Source of the DNA: Trypanosoma brucei
Taxonomy: Eukaryota
Length of the DNA: 64,000 nt
Assembly (NCBI GenBank): GCA_000002445.1
Contig: AL929603.2
Location: 288,001 to 352,000 of the forward strand
Direction of reading: 5' to 3'
In this document: positions 54,978 through 64,000 of the stretch, piece after piece
Layout of the letters: each line of letters opens with the position of its first letter
How positions within the stretch are numbered: position 1 is the first letter of the stretch
The notes under the pieces: generated by a model
Told to the model about the DNA's origin: nothing
The model's input: only the letters and a program-made list of their open reading frames with translations
Databases searched by the model: none
Program-made: the position numbers and the translations under genes

Positions 54978-57206
54978 ATGGCATGCAGTACCAAAAGGGA
55001 TGCGAGCGATATTCGAGACGGGAGAACTGAGCGGCGATTACCTGCCATTCCCCTTGATGCGTGGGCATTCCGCCGTATGGCACCTCAAGGCTCCATCACC
55101 CCAAGTGGCCTCATCACCGCAGATGTGGATGGTGACGGTGTGGAAGAGGTAATTATTGGCACAACAGAGGGGCAGTTGCTGTTGTTGAAGATGGGTTACA
55201 GGACACCCGTGTATTCTCGAACGATTCCTGCCACGATTTCTGTGGTTCTTTATAGCGCAAAGACGCTTCGTCTCCTTTTGGTGACACTGGAAGGACAATG
55301 TGAAGTGATAGAGGGATTCATTACTGGCAGTAAAACTATAGCCTGCTCATCTCGTGGTGGGTCTACGACATCTTCTCGCAAGAGGGATGAAGATGCAACC
55401 GCCGGTGTCATGGGTTCGGAGATGTGTTCTGGGGGAAGCCACAGCGGGGTCTACAGTGAATGTTTGGACAAGGAGTATCAACCCTGTGGGGCCTCTTACA
55501 TCTTTTCCATCCCGCCAAACTGCATTTGCGGTGATATTGGCGTCGATGAGAAAAGCGGCGAGGGAAACATTGTTTTCTTGGGATCATATGATGGTCATGT
55601 GTACGTTTATTCCGTTTCGCCTCTTGGTGAACGGCTTGGGTTGCTTTTTCTTCACTCCCATGTTTCCTCCATAAAATCGTTTATTGTGCCGGCCAACGGG
55701 ACTGCACTGCCACCTTCCAGAGATGACCACCTTACGTGCGCGGAAAGCAGCAGCACTACTACAGCATCATTTACGATGGAAACCTGGCGCAGATGCTCCT
55801 TATTGCTCGTCTGCTGCAGCCAGCGTATCGTATTGCTTGGTGCCTCTCGGGAGGAAATAATGCACTGGCAGGGGCACCATCAACCTCGAACGGTTTCGAT
55901 GGTTGGGTACGTGTGTGAGGGATGTGCAGCAACCTCGGCGTGCATGCGACCCACAGATGCTGTAGGCTCTTTGACTATAGGAATGGAGACTCCGCTTTCT
56001 GACAGTAGCACTTCTTTAAACAAAACGGCACCATTGGAACCCAAGTGGCAGTTTCCACTTTATCATTTGTCGAAGAGTAATGTACATCTTCCCACTGAGG
56101 AAGGTGGTAGACAGGTGGCCCCTCAGGAGGAAAGTACCGCCGAGTTGCACGCTCCGTGGTTGTTGCCCTGGAAATATTCGCAACATCAAGGCAGCTCAAA
56201 TGCCACGGTGACAACACTGGAAATTCAACAGTGTCGCCATTCTTATCAGCGGCAGCATGACAGTGTTGCCAGCACCAGCACAACACATGACCATGGGGAA
56301 TCATCTCCTAAGGTTAATGACGCGGACGTGATTATTCGCTCACCTGCAGCTGTAGATGTAGCAACTGCGCCACATGCTGCGCAGTTCGCCGTTGCCACGG
56401 AGGACGGTCGTTGGTTCATATTCGAAATGTTGCTCGCAGGTTCGAGCATTGGAACGGCTTCCCCGGGGCGAATAGGGGATGGGCCGGTTGAAGGCTCCAC
56501 ATCTTCATTCCGTGGGACGGTTGTGTGTTTAATGTCGGGTTGTGTCCAAGATGCCGGATTCGTTGAACGTGTTCGCGTCGTCAATGTAGGAAACGATGGG
56601 TTCCAGGCAATCTTCCTTTCCATGGACGGGACCTGTTATGCCCTTGATGCGCACAAAAATACCGTTGTCACATCACGGGTGAAGGCGGGTGCGCTTTCCT
56701 TTACCGTAATGGGGTGTGCTTCAGAAAATGGGGAAGCTGGATCCCCTGCCGGTAACACTGCCGCTGCTGCAATGCGTCAGAATGAGGCGCTCTCCAGTCT
56801 TGCTCCATGCGGATTTTCTCTCGTTAGTGTTGCTGTTGATGAGGTGGTGGTTTTGTCAATTGGTGGTGAATCGCATGAGTGGACTCCACCAACAGGTGCG
56901 GATGGTTTAGTTCGTGATCGTGGGTCCTCGGCGCTTCAAACGCGCATATCTACGAATGAGGGCGGTCGTGGTATCCATGAAGGTAGTGAACAGTCAAATC
57001 GAAAGCTCCTTGACCAAACGGAAAACGATGCACCCGATGAAGATGCTGTAATGTTGAAGCTCGGCGCCCTGCTTCTAAAAGGTAGCCATAACCCCGGGGA
57101 TGTTGAGCGTTTCTCGGAGGAGTACCGGCGTTTTGTTGCTCGGAAGTTTTGTGCGTTTGGCCTCACACAGAAGGAGTGGAGGATGCTTCAGCAGCTGGGC
57201 GAGTAG
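54978..57206 (+). CDS. BBSome-subunit-like beta-propeller protein (BBS1/2/7 family candidate)
   Basis: Track ORF starts at TTG 54969; first ATG is 54978. ITADVDGDGVEEVIIGTTEGQLLLLKMG resembles the propeller-blade motif conserved in BBS1 (ALADLHGDGEYKLVVGDLG...LKVLKG), BBS2 and BBS7. Size is ~743 aa. Confidence 0.4.
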   Translation: MACSTKRDASDIRDGRTERRLPAIPLDAWAFRRMAPQGSITPSGLITADVDGDGVEEVIIGTTEGQLLLLKMGYRTPVYSRTIPATISVVLYSAKTLRLLLVTLEGQCEVIEGFITGSKTIACSSRGGSTTSSRKRDEDATAGVMGSEMCSGGSHSGVYSECLDKEYQPCGASYIFSIPPNCICGDIGVDEKSGEGNIVFLGSYDGHVYVYSVSPLGERLGLLFLHSHVSSIKSFIVPANGTALPPSRDDHLTCAESSSTTTASFTMETWRRCSLLLVCCSQRIVLLGASREEIMHWQGHHQPRTVSMVGYVCEGCAATSACMRPTDAVGSLTIGMETPLSDSSTSLNKTAPLEPKWQFPLYHLSKSNVHLPTEEGGRQVAPQEESTAELHAPWLLPWKYSQHQGSSNATVTTLEIQQCRHSYQRQHDSVASTSTTHDHGESSPKVNDADVIIRSPAAVDVATAPHAAQFAVATEDGRWFIFEMLLAGSSIGTASPGRIGDGPVEGSTSSFRGTVVCLMSGCVQDAGFVERVRVVNVGNDGFQAIFLSMDGTCYALDAHKNTVVTSRVKAGALSFTVMGCASENGEAGSPAGNTAAAAMRQNEALSSLAPCGFSLVSVAVDEVVVLSIGGESHEWTPPTGADGLVRDRGSSALQTRISTNEGGRGIHEGSEQSNRKLLDQTENDAPDEDAVMLKLGALLLKGSHNPGDVERFSEEYRRFVARKFCAFGLTQKEWRMLQQLGE

Positions 57207-57278
57207 TTGCCGCGTTGCATACGTGTGAACTCACTTCATTGACGAGTTTTAGCTTGTCATTTTGGTCTCTTTTTGACA

Positions 57279-57301
57279 AACACACACACACACACACACA
57301 C
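57279..57301. repeat. (CA)n microsatellite
   Basis: aaacacacacacacacacacacacg. Confidence 0.9.
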
Positions 57302-57784
57302 GACATACCGGTGTCGAGATATTTTTTCCTTTATCTGCTTTTACTTATCGTTAACTCACAGTGCACGTGCATACGTCACCTGTTTTTTTTCTTTTTCCCT
57401 CTTCTATTTCGCCGTTGCCTGATACCCACTACCACACAGTTGGCCTTGTTCGCTCTCTGAGCTTTCGTGCAAGGGAGGGGGTTTCAAAAAAAAAAAAAAG
57501 ACGAAAAGAATAAAGCCGAAACAAAGTAATTTTGTAAGTGGCACGACGCACAAGTCGTATACCTTCCTTTGGCTGGCTTTTGCCGGTTCTTTAGATTACA
57601 CGCCGCTTCAGTGAGGGTTTCTGTGGGGGGGGGGGAGGGAGGTAAAGGGTGAAGCACAAGAAGGTGTGTGAGGCTGCGTAATTTTAGAACGGTTAACCGT
57701 GCGCGAAAAGCCATCAAGTCACCCAGCGGGGACAATTTTGTTATCGATAACGCTCTCCCTCCAATCATTTGACCACCCCGATTC

Positions 57785-60445
57785 ATGCAAACATCGCGAC
57801 CCTCTGCCGATAATGTCCACGTTTCGTGTAGGTTTCGACCCCTTAGTTCAGGTGAGCGGAATGGCGGGTTGTGTGTTCATCTCGAGGGGTCCAATCATGT
57901 CGTCTGCAGAGTTCAATCTTGTCAGCGGCTCGGGCGGTCCAATGGAGCCCCAAGGCAGCAACCGATTCCCTGCAACTCGGTAGGTGGAGATGGCTTCAAC
58001 CGATTTCCCTCTGCAGACACTGCAGTTGATCAATATCGTTTTTCCTTCGCGCGTGTTTACCCACCAGAGGTGGGGCAGGACGAAATTTATAATGAGGTTG
58101 CACGTCCCATAGTGAAGGATGTAATGAAGGGTTACAATGGAACTTTGCTTGTTTACGGCCAAACGGGAAGTGGGAAGACGCATACCATGTTTGGTGCTGG
58201 TGAAGCAGTGGGTAGGGAAAGAAGTGGAACCATCAGCACAGCTTTATACGGCACCGCTGGCGATGACCGTGGACCCGTACGAGCACAGGGCGGACGTGCG
58301 AATGTTAATGCGGGTATCATCCCCCGTGCCGTCAATCAAATCTTTGATATGATCCATAGTGCTGACGAGGCGTTAGAATTTGAGATACGAGCAATGTTCG
58401 TTGAGGTGTACATGGAGCGTGTTCGAGATCTTCTTGACCACGGAAACCTCAATCTTCAGGTACGTGAGGGCCCTTCAGGTTTTTATGTGGAAAATTGTAA
58501 GTTACCGTACGTGTCAAGCGCAGAGGAGATGATGCAGCTTATCAACTCAGGCGTGTGTCGCAGAGTTACCGCGGCCACAGCCTGCAATGAAGCGAGCAGC
58601 CGTAGCCACTGTGTGTTGAACATCACAGTTAAGAGTGTCAACCACACGAAGCACGTTGCAACTGTTGGGAAACTGTTTCTGGTTGACCTTGCGGGGAGTG
58701 AAAAAGTTGCCAAGACCCATGTGGATGGAATGCAGCTGGAAGAAGCAAAAATGATAAACAAGTCACTCACAACTCTTGGTCATGTGATCATGAGCCTAGC
58801 AGACAAACAGGCCCACGTGCCGTACCGTGACAGCAAACTTACACGAATCCTCAAAGACTCTCTTGGAGGCAATTCACGAACGGCACTTGTAGTGTGCTGT
58901 AGTCCTTCACAATTTAATGATCAGGAGACGTTATCGACATTGCGCTTTGGAGCGCGCGCACAGAACGTTTGCAACGTAGCGATTGTCAATAAACAACTTA
59001 CCGCGGAGGAGCTGAAGGGTATGCTGGACCTTGCCCGAGTGGAGATAAAGAGACTTCGAAAGCTGCTCCATGATATGGGTGTCACTGTTCCCAGTAGCGG
59101 AAACCACGGTGGTGAGGAGATTAGTGACTGTTTTAGTGGCGTGGCTGAATCTTCCTGTGGAGGCGAGACTTTCGCAACTCGCGTTGCAAGCCCGTGCGAC
59201 ACTGCAGTTCCGGGCCCACATTCTGAAGCGTCGGCGGTGGGGCATCTGGAAGAAACAGACGCTGTTATTAATGCCGACGGGGTGGTGGATGAGAGCTCCG
59301 TAAATGAGGGGGATGTGGTGCGGCGAGGGATTTACGATGAATTGTCGGGGGAGGGTATAAGTCCGGAAGTTAGTCACCTGCACGACAACCCGTGTGTGTC
59401 TCAAGGAACTACCGAAGCTATTCGTAACCAATTAGCCGAACAAGCAGCGCTGATTAAATTGTTGAGGGAGGAGAACGCTGTTTGGGAAGAGGAACACATG
59501 ATCGCTGTACGAGAATTGTATGGCTACAGACGCTACGCCGAGCATTGCCGCGAGGTCTTGGGCGAGGTGAGCATTACGGGGGATGTTGTATCTCGACGTA
59601 TTTCTTCATACAGAGAGCGAGTTCTCGCTATTGTCGCAAAGCTTTGCAGTCATTCGGATACAACAGAAGATAATTTAGCCACACAGAGCAATGAGTACCC
59701 TAACCAGATTAAGGAGGGGCGATCCTTGGTTGAATTGGGAGCAACACGCGAGACTTGTTCTTCGGTTTCTAACAACCTTTCCCAACCCTTGTTATCATCT
59801 CATATAAGCAGTCGGACAACTATGTGTTCCTTACCAGCTCTTGGTGACGGTACTGCAGGAAATAATAATACAATCACTGGGTCGATGGAACTTGCATGTG
59901 CTAGTGTTGAGTCCCCGAATGGAGACACCCTTCAAATCCGAAAAAAATATGAAGAGTTGCAGGGGCGTCTGGCACGCGCAATGGATGAAATTGAGAGGCT
60001 TCAAAGCACCAATAGTGTTTTATCACTGGATTTGCAGTTGGCGGAGAAACGGCTCCAAATTCGCCACGAACGCATTGAAAGCCTGAAGTTTGGGTTACGT
60101 CAGGAGTCTGCAAGTAACCAAGAGCTGCAGCAGAGTTTGGAAAGGCAAATGTCTGCTCACCGAACACAACTTCAGGCGGCGCGTAACGATGCGTTGTATT
60201 GGAGACAACGTTATGATGATTTATTGAACCACTGCCATACCAGCAGCAGCAGCAGAAAACCTCGTGCTACTCATATCAGCCCTATACGCCGGCGGAGCCT
60301 CACACCAACATTAGAAGGCGTGTTGGTAGCTCGAAGTCCATCTGCGCGTGCACCGCCATCATCAGTTGCTACGTCACCGGGGCGTGGTGTTATTGTTAAA
60401 CCCATACGTGGCGGCGGAAGCAAGTTGGAACACGCCTTTGCGTAA
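57785..60445 (+). CDS. kinesin (N-terminal motor domain, C-terminal coiled-coil stalk)
   Basis: ATG at 57785. Motor motifs: VHVSCRFRPL; P-loop GQTGSGKTHTMFG; switch I SSRSHCVLNI; switch II LFLVDLAGSEKV. These are followed by a neck and coiled coil (IERLQSTNSVLSLDLQLAEKRLQ...). Confidence 0.9.
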   Translation: MQTSRPSADNVHVSCRFRPLSSGERNGGLCVHLEGSNHVVCRVQSCQRLGRSNGAPRQQPIPCNSVGGDGFNRFPSADTAVDQYRFSFARVYPPEVGQDEIYNEVARPIVKDVMKGYNGTLLVYGQTGSGKTHTMFGAGEAVGRERSGTISTALYGTAGDDRGPVRAQGGRANVNAGIIPRAVNQIFDMIHSADEALEFEIRAMFVEVYMERVRDLLDHGNLNLQVREGPSGFYVENCKLPYVSSAEEMMQLINSGVCRRVTAATACNEASSRSHCVLNITVKSVNHTKHVATVGKLFLVDLAGSEKVAKTHVDGMQLEEAKMINKSLTTLGHVIMSLADKQAHVPYRDSKLTRILKDSLGGNSRTALVVCCSPSQFNDQETLSTLRFGARAQNVCNVAIVNKQLTAEELKGMLDLARVEIKRLRKLLHDMGVTVPSSGNHGGEEISDCFSGVAESSCGGETFATRVASPCDTAVPGPHSEASAVGHLEETDAVINADGVVDESSVNEGDVVRRGIYDELSGEGISPEVSHLHDNPCVSQGTTEAIRNQLAEQAALIKLLREENAVWEEEHMIAVRELYGYRRYAEHCREVLGEVSITGDVVSRRISSYRERVLAIVAKLCSHSDTTEDNLATQSNEYPNQIKEGRSLVELGATRETCSSVSNNLSQPLLSSHISSRTTMCSLPALGDGTAGNNNTITGSMELACASVESPNGDTLQIRKKYEELQGRLARAMDEIERLQSTNSVLSLDLQLAEKRLQIRHERIESLKFGLRQESASNQELQQSLERQMSAHRTQLQAARNDALYWRQRYDDLLNHCHTSSSSRKPRATHISPIRRRSLTPTLEGVLVARSPSARAPPSSVATSPGRGVIVKPIRGGGSKLEHAFA

Positions 60446-60698
60446 AGGAAGAGAAGTAGCCATCGCATGACATCCTTGAACAAATTACCGCTGAATTTAG
60501 TAATTCGAAAGAGAAGGAAAATAATTGATAATAAGGAAACAGCAGTGCGTTTGGTTAGGGACTATATAATGCTTACACAGATATACATGTGGGACGTGCG
60601 CCAGTGTATTTTGTCTTGTTCGGCGGTTTTTTTGGGGGGGGAAGGAGGCTTGACTGCGGTCTCAAAATCATTAAAACCGGTTGAGATTTGTTCGGTGG

Positions 60699-60722
60699 AT
60701 ATATATATATATATATATATAT
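60699..60722. repeat. (AT)n microsatellite
   Basis: (at)12 immediately 3' of the kinesin gene. Confidence 0.9.
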
Positions 60723-61738
60723 GTTTCAACCCTTATGTTTCTTTTTCACCTTTTTTTTCTTTTCATCTGTCGTAAAGTTCGTATGCTGGACACGAGGTAA
60801 GAATAAGGTTCGTTACCCCTCAGTCAGTCTCTTTCCGTCTGGCTTTGTTTTTCTCATAGCCATTTTTACCTTGTTTCTATTACTGTTCTTGCAAACACAT
60901 TATTTTTTACACACATACCAAAAGAAAAAGAAAGATGGAGAAGAGAGAAACGAAACAGAAAAGGGAAGCAGCCGCAACCTACTCCACTGTTTATCCGTGT
61001 GCTGTACCCCCTCCCTTAAATTTAAATCATCTTTTGCATTGGCGTGTGAATGGAATGTGATGGGTGGTGGTGTCTAGATTTTGTTCAATGTGCCTTTTTT
61101 TTTTTAAATTTCTTCGCTGTTGTTGTACACTAAGTGATGCAAAGGGCATTTGTTTTTTGTTTTTTTTACCCCCAAACTCACGGGGATTTTCCTTATTTGT
61201 GCAGACTTCGTTATTTAGATGCGACGAAGTGGAGCGTCCGCAATGGGATATGGAAGTATGCCCTCTTGCATAACTTTCATTCCCCTGTATTTATTGTAAC
61301 TTTAAAAAAAAAACTTCTGTCAAGGAACTGTGGTTGAACAAGTAAAATGTATGATTTTCTTGTTTTTAAAGTGTGTAGGAAGGTGTGAGCCAGTAACAGC
61401 ACAAACACTTTAAATTCCTCATTGAATCTCTGGAGAGGGTTAGAGCTGTGTTTTCAACGCAGTTATTTTCCTCATGGATTCGTTTCAGTTCGATTTTTGT
61501 ATTAATTAGTTTGCGGTCGGGTGGTGTGTGTGTGTGTATGTGATTCGGCGGTGAAAGTTTGAGAGTTGGTGGAGATGGTGGCAAGTACGAGGAATGATTC
61601 AAATAAATAAAAAACAGTGCAACTGAAGGTGAAAGGAAATGGGCATGCAAAGGAGTCATGAGTCTGTGGTGCGCTGCACTGTTTCACCATATCCAGTGGG
61701 GAGTTATCACGTTTAAAAAAAAACATAGATTGTTTAAT

Positions 61739-61740
61739 AT

Positions 61741-61774
<34 letters not shown>

Positions 61775-61798
61775 GCTTTCTCTCTCACACACACACAC
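61739..61798. repeat. (CA)n(AT)n(CT)n(CA)n compound microsatellite
   Basis: acacacacacatatatatatatatatatatatatgctttctctctcacacacacacac. Confidence 0.9.
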
Positions 61799-61879
61799 TA
61801 TTTTCCTCTTATTTTGAGTATTTCACAATCCCACAAATGCCCAGATGAAATAGAACCAAGGCATCTATACCCATTATTT

Positions 61880-61990
61880 GCATGCGCGCACTCTCCTTCT
61901 TTGCTCATCTGTCGTTGCTCCCCCCACGTTACTGTGTTGATCAAACGCCAAATAACTTCTTACTCATCGCTTTTGCTTTTCTCATCGCTT
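61880..61990 (+). promoter_or_regulatory. polypyrimidine tract / putative trans-splice acceptor region upstream of Rrp5-like gene
   Basis: ctctccttctttgctcatctgtcgttgctccccccacgttactgtgttg...cttttgcttttctcatcgcttccctgcg, then AG and ATG at 62095. Confidence 0.45.
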
Positions 61991-62094
61991 CCCTGCGTTA
62001 TAAACAGTCGGGGTGTGAAGAGTTGTTTACAGCGTCTCGAACAGAGCGAAAAGGAAAGAAGGGAGAAAAGGAGAAGTGTGCGTGTGTGTAACAT

Positions 62095-64000
62095 ATGCAG
62101 TATCGTGAGTATCGCGTGCATCATGCCGCCCCTGACGGTATTCTTGTGCAACTTCCAGGGAATGGCGGCTTTGGTAAATTGACTGTAGAAACACTAGGAG
62201 GAGATGCATTAGCCGCTGCACTTCTCAAACGATTTGCCACTAATGATCACATCCGTGCCGTGGCGCGTCCAACGCGTGATGTTCACCACTACCGGCTGCT
62301 TAGCGTACAGTTGCTGGAGTTGTGGAGCGGAGCGGCTACTTACCCAGCCCCGGTGTTGTCTCTCCTCCTGCAGTTATTTCGCAAACACGCACTCATCGGT
62401 CTCGGGACGACTGCAATGGCTCGTGTAGTGAAATCTTCACCCGAGAAGGGTGTCGTCTTATCCCTTCCTGGTGGCATTCCCGCTGTTGCAGTGCTGGAAA
62501 ATGTTAGTGAGGAAGCTGGGGCAGTTGAAGTACGGTTGCTTAACTACGATGTCCAGGTTGATGTGGTCAATGTGACAGTGCAATATGATGTTGTTGAACG
62601 TACACCGAGTGATGTAGATGCGCTGCAGAAACTTCTTACATCGGTTACTGCGGGAAGCGTCGTCTCCGCAACTGTACTCGTTTCATGTACGGATGACAAT
62701 TGCGCTATCGTGGAGGTCCCATGCGGTGACGAGTGCAGCGTAATCGGGTACTACATTTATAACTGGCCGGGTTTAAGTGCTGCAGGAGACGAAAAGCCAG
62801 TTGTGGGGAGTTGCCTTCAGCTTACTGTGGAGTTTGTGCCCGAGGAGCCCGCACTGCAGGATGTTTTACCGTTTTTCGTGCTCTCCCGCCGTCAACACTT
62901 TGCAGGCCTTCCCGCAGTTCGTTGTGCTATACTTCCAAACACGTCTACACCGCACGCCACAGTGGGGCTAGTTGGCCGTTTTCCGTGGCGTGACAAAAAG
63001 CGGGATCGCCGACCAGAGGTGGAGGATATTAATGATCCGGATGATGATGATAGTGACGACGACGAGAACACAAACGTGAATCGAAGTAAAATTCGCAAGC
63101 GAAAACTGGAGGAAACCATTGATGCATACGAGCGGTCGATGGAGACAGCAGTTCCTTCTTCTTCGGAAGAGTTCCAGCGGCTCTTGCTTGCATCTCCCAA
63201 CAACAGTTACCTTTGGGTACAGTGGATGACTCATCATGTATCGTTGCAGCAGTTCGAGGAGGCGCGCCTCGTGGCGGAGAAGGCATTGACTACAATTGGC
63301 GTGCGTGAAACGCAGGAGCGGCTGAATGTGTGGGTTGCGTACATGAATCTGGAGAACCTTCATGGTACAGCAGAGTCTTTGGCATCTGTTTTCAAACGAG
63401 CGTTGCGGCATGCCCTTGATGAACTCGTTGTGTATGAGCGACTTGCTGACATATTCTCAGCAACACGAAAGTTCAACCAACTGCTATCCTTGTGCCGGGC
63501 TATGGTGTCGAAGAACCGCAAGGTGCCGCGTGTGTGGGAACGGCTTGGCACTGTTCTCATTGATCATAACAAAAGGGATCAGCTGAAGCGGGTCCTAAAG
63601 GATATGAGTGACGCCCTTAAACGTGATGAGTATGCATTAGTAGTTGTACACCTCGGGGTTCATGAGTATAGAAACGGGAGCGTTGAGAATGGTCGTGCTC
63701 TGTTTGAAGGGTTGCTGCTTCGCATGCCCAAGAAGTCTGACGTTTGGTCCGTGTATTTGGATCAAGAACTGGGGCTTCTCGCGCGAAGGTCAGAAGTTGC
63801 ATCAGCCGTGTTCGTGAGGGGCTTGTTTGAGCGTGCAGTTTCCACAAGTTTTTCCGCGAAGGTGATGCAGCAGGTATTAACGCGCTTCATGTCATTTGAG
63901 CGGGCGCACGGCACGCCGGCAGACGTCGAGAAGGTGAAGGCCCGGGCGCGAAGTTATGTGGAGGCAAAAATTAGTGCATCGGTTGGAAGCGTAGACCCCA
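62095..64000 (+). CDS. Rrp5/PDCD11-like HAT-repeat rRNA biogenesis protein (partial; continues past window end)
   Basis: Frame 1 is open from ATG 62095 (after a TAA at 62089) to the window end. The ORF track omits it because it has no stop in the window. EEFQRLLLASPNNSYLWVQWMTHHVSLQQFEEARLVAEKALTTIGVRETQERLNVWVAYMNLENLHGT is collinear with the yeast Rrp5 C-terminus (EFERLLLSSPNSSLVWLKYMAF...EKLNVWIALLNLEN.YG). An acidic DDDDSDDDEN tract precedes it. The polyY tract at 61880-61990 would supply the splice acceptor. Confidence 0.5.
   Translation, partial: MQYREYRVHHAAPDGILVQLPGNGGFGKLTVETLGGDALAAALLKRFATNDHIRAVARPTRDVHHYRLLSVQLLELWSGAATYPAPVLSLLLQLFRKHALIGLGTTAMARVVKSSPEKGVVLSLPGGIPAVAVLENVSEEAGAVEVRLLNYDVQVDVVNVTVQYDVVERTPSDVDALQKLLTSVTAGSVVSATVLVSCTDDNCAIVEVPCGDECSVIGYYIYNWPGLSAAGDEKPVVGSCLQLTVEFVPEEPALQDVLPFFVLSRRQHFAGLPAVRCAILPNTSTPHATVGLVGRFPWRDKKRDRRPEVEDINDPDDDDSDDDENTNVNRSKIRKRKLEETIDAYERSMETAVPSSSEEFQRLLLASPNNSYLWVQWMTHHVSLQQFEEARLVAEKALTTIGVRETQERLNVWVAYMNLENLHGTAESLASVFKRALRHALDELVVYERLADIFSATRKFNQLLSLCRAMVSKNRKVPRVWERLGTVLIDHNKRDQLKRVLKDMSDALKRDEYALVVVHLGVHEYRNGSVENGRALFEGLLLRMPKKSDVWSVYLDQELGLLARRSEVASAVFVRGLFERAVSTSFSAKVMQQVLTRFMSFERAHGTPADVEKVKARARSYVEAKISASVGSVDP

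Noticed and set aside
60467-62094. ORFs 60467..60775 and 61658..62182 in the 1.6-kb gap between the kinesin and the Rrp5-like gene
   Set aside because: They span microsatellites and low-complexity sequence (IYIYIY, FFFF translations). There is no coherent protein-like composition.

Overview
This 64-kb window is not prokaryotic. It is kinetoplastid nuclear DNA, Trypanosoma-like (GC3 about 50%, closest to the African trypanosome / T. brucei group). About 31 protein-coding genes all lie on the + strand, so the window is one polycistronic transcription unit (PTU) with no strand switch. There are no introns. Intergenic regions carry polypyrimidine (polyY) tracts typical of trans-splice acceptors, and also (TA)n, (TG)n and (CA)n microsatellites. 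The six-frame ORF track used GTG/TTG as starts; I re-set those to the first in-frame ATG. All minus-strand ORFs read as antisense or low-complexity noise. I found no rRNA, complete tRNA, CRISPR or bacterial-type element.

Recognisable products include:
- enkurin-domain flagellar protein
- PDK/BCKDK-type mitochondrial protein kinase
- protein with two ZZ zinc fingers
- two LRR proteins (one with an MGCAGS dual-acylation N-terminus)
- multi-pass membrane metallophosphoesterase
- Rad1-like 9-1-1 clamp subunit
- long coiled-coil protein
- Rrp8 methyltransferase
- FAD-dependent G3PDH-like oxidoreductase
- TMEM231-like transition-zone protein
- delta-tubulin-like tubulin
- PPR protein
- Rpb12-like zinc ribbon
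- mitoribosomal uS15-like protein
- RWDD1/DFRP2-like protein
- type-I DnaJ with a degenerate HPD motif
- CTP synthase
- homocysteine S-methyltransferase
- Cid1-family TUTase
- BBSome-like beta-propeller protein
- kinesin
- a partial Rrp5-like HAT-repeat gene running off the 3' end

The most unusual signal is a dispersed interspersed repeat of about 320 bp. Two copies are near-identical and a third keeps a 155-nt core. All three are in the same orientation and each sits in the 5' region of a gene. I could not assign the repeat to a known RNA gene or retroposon from sequence alone.

Two other points stand out. Two 2.1-2.6 kb low-complexity spacers bracket the homocysteine S-methyltransferase gene. 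At least five cilium/flagellum-associated genes lie in one PTU.
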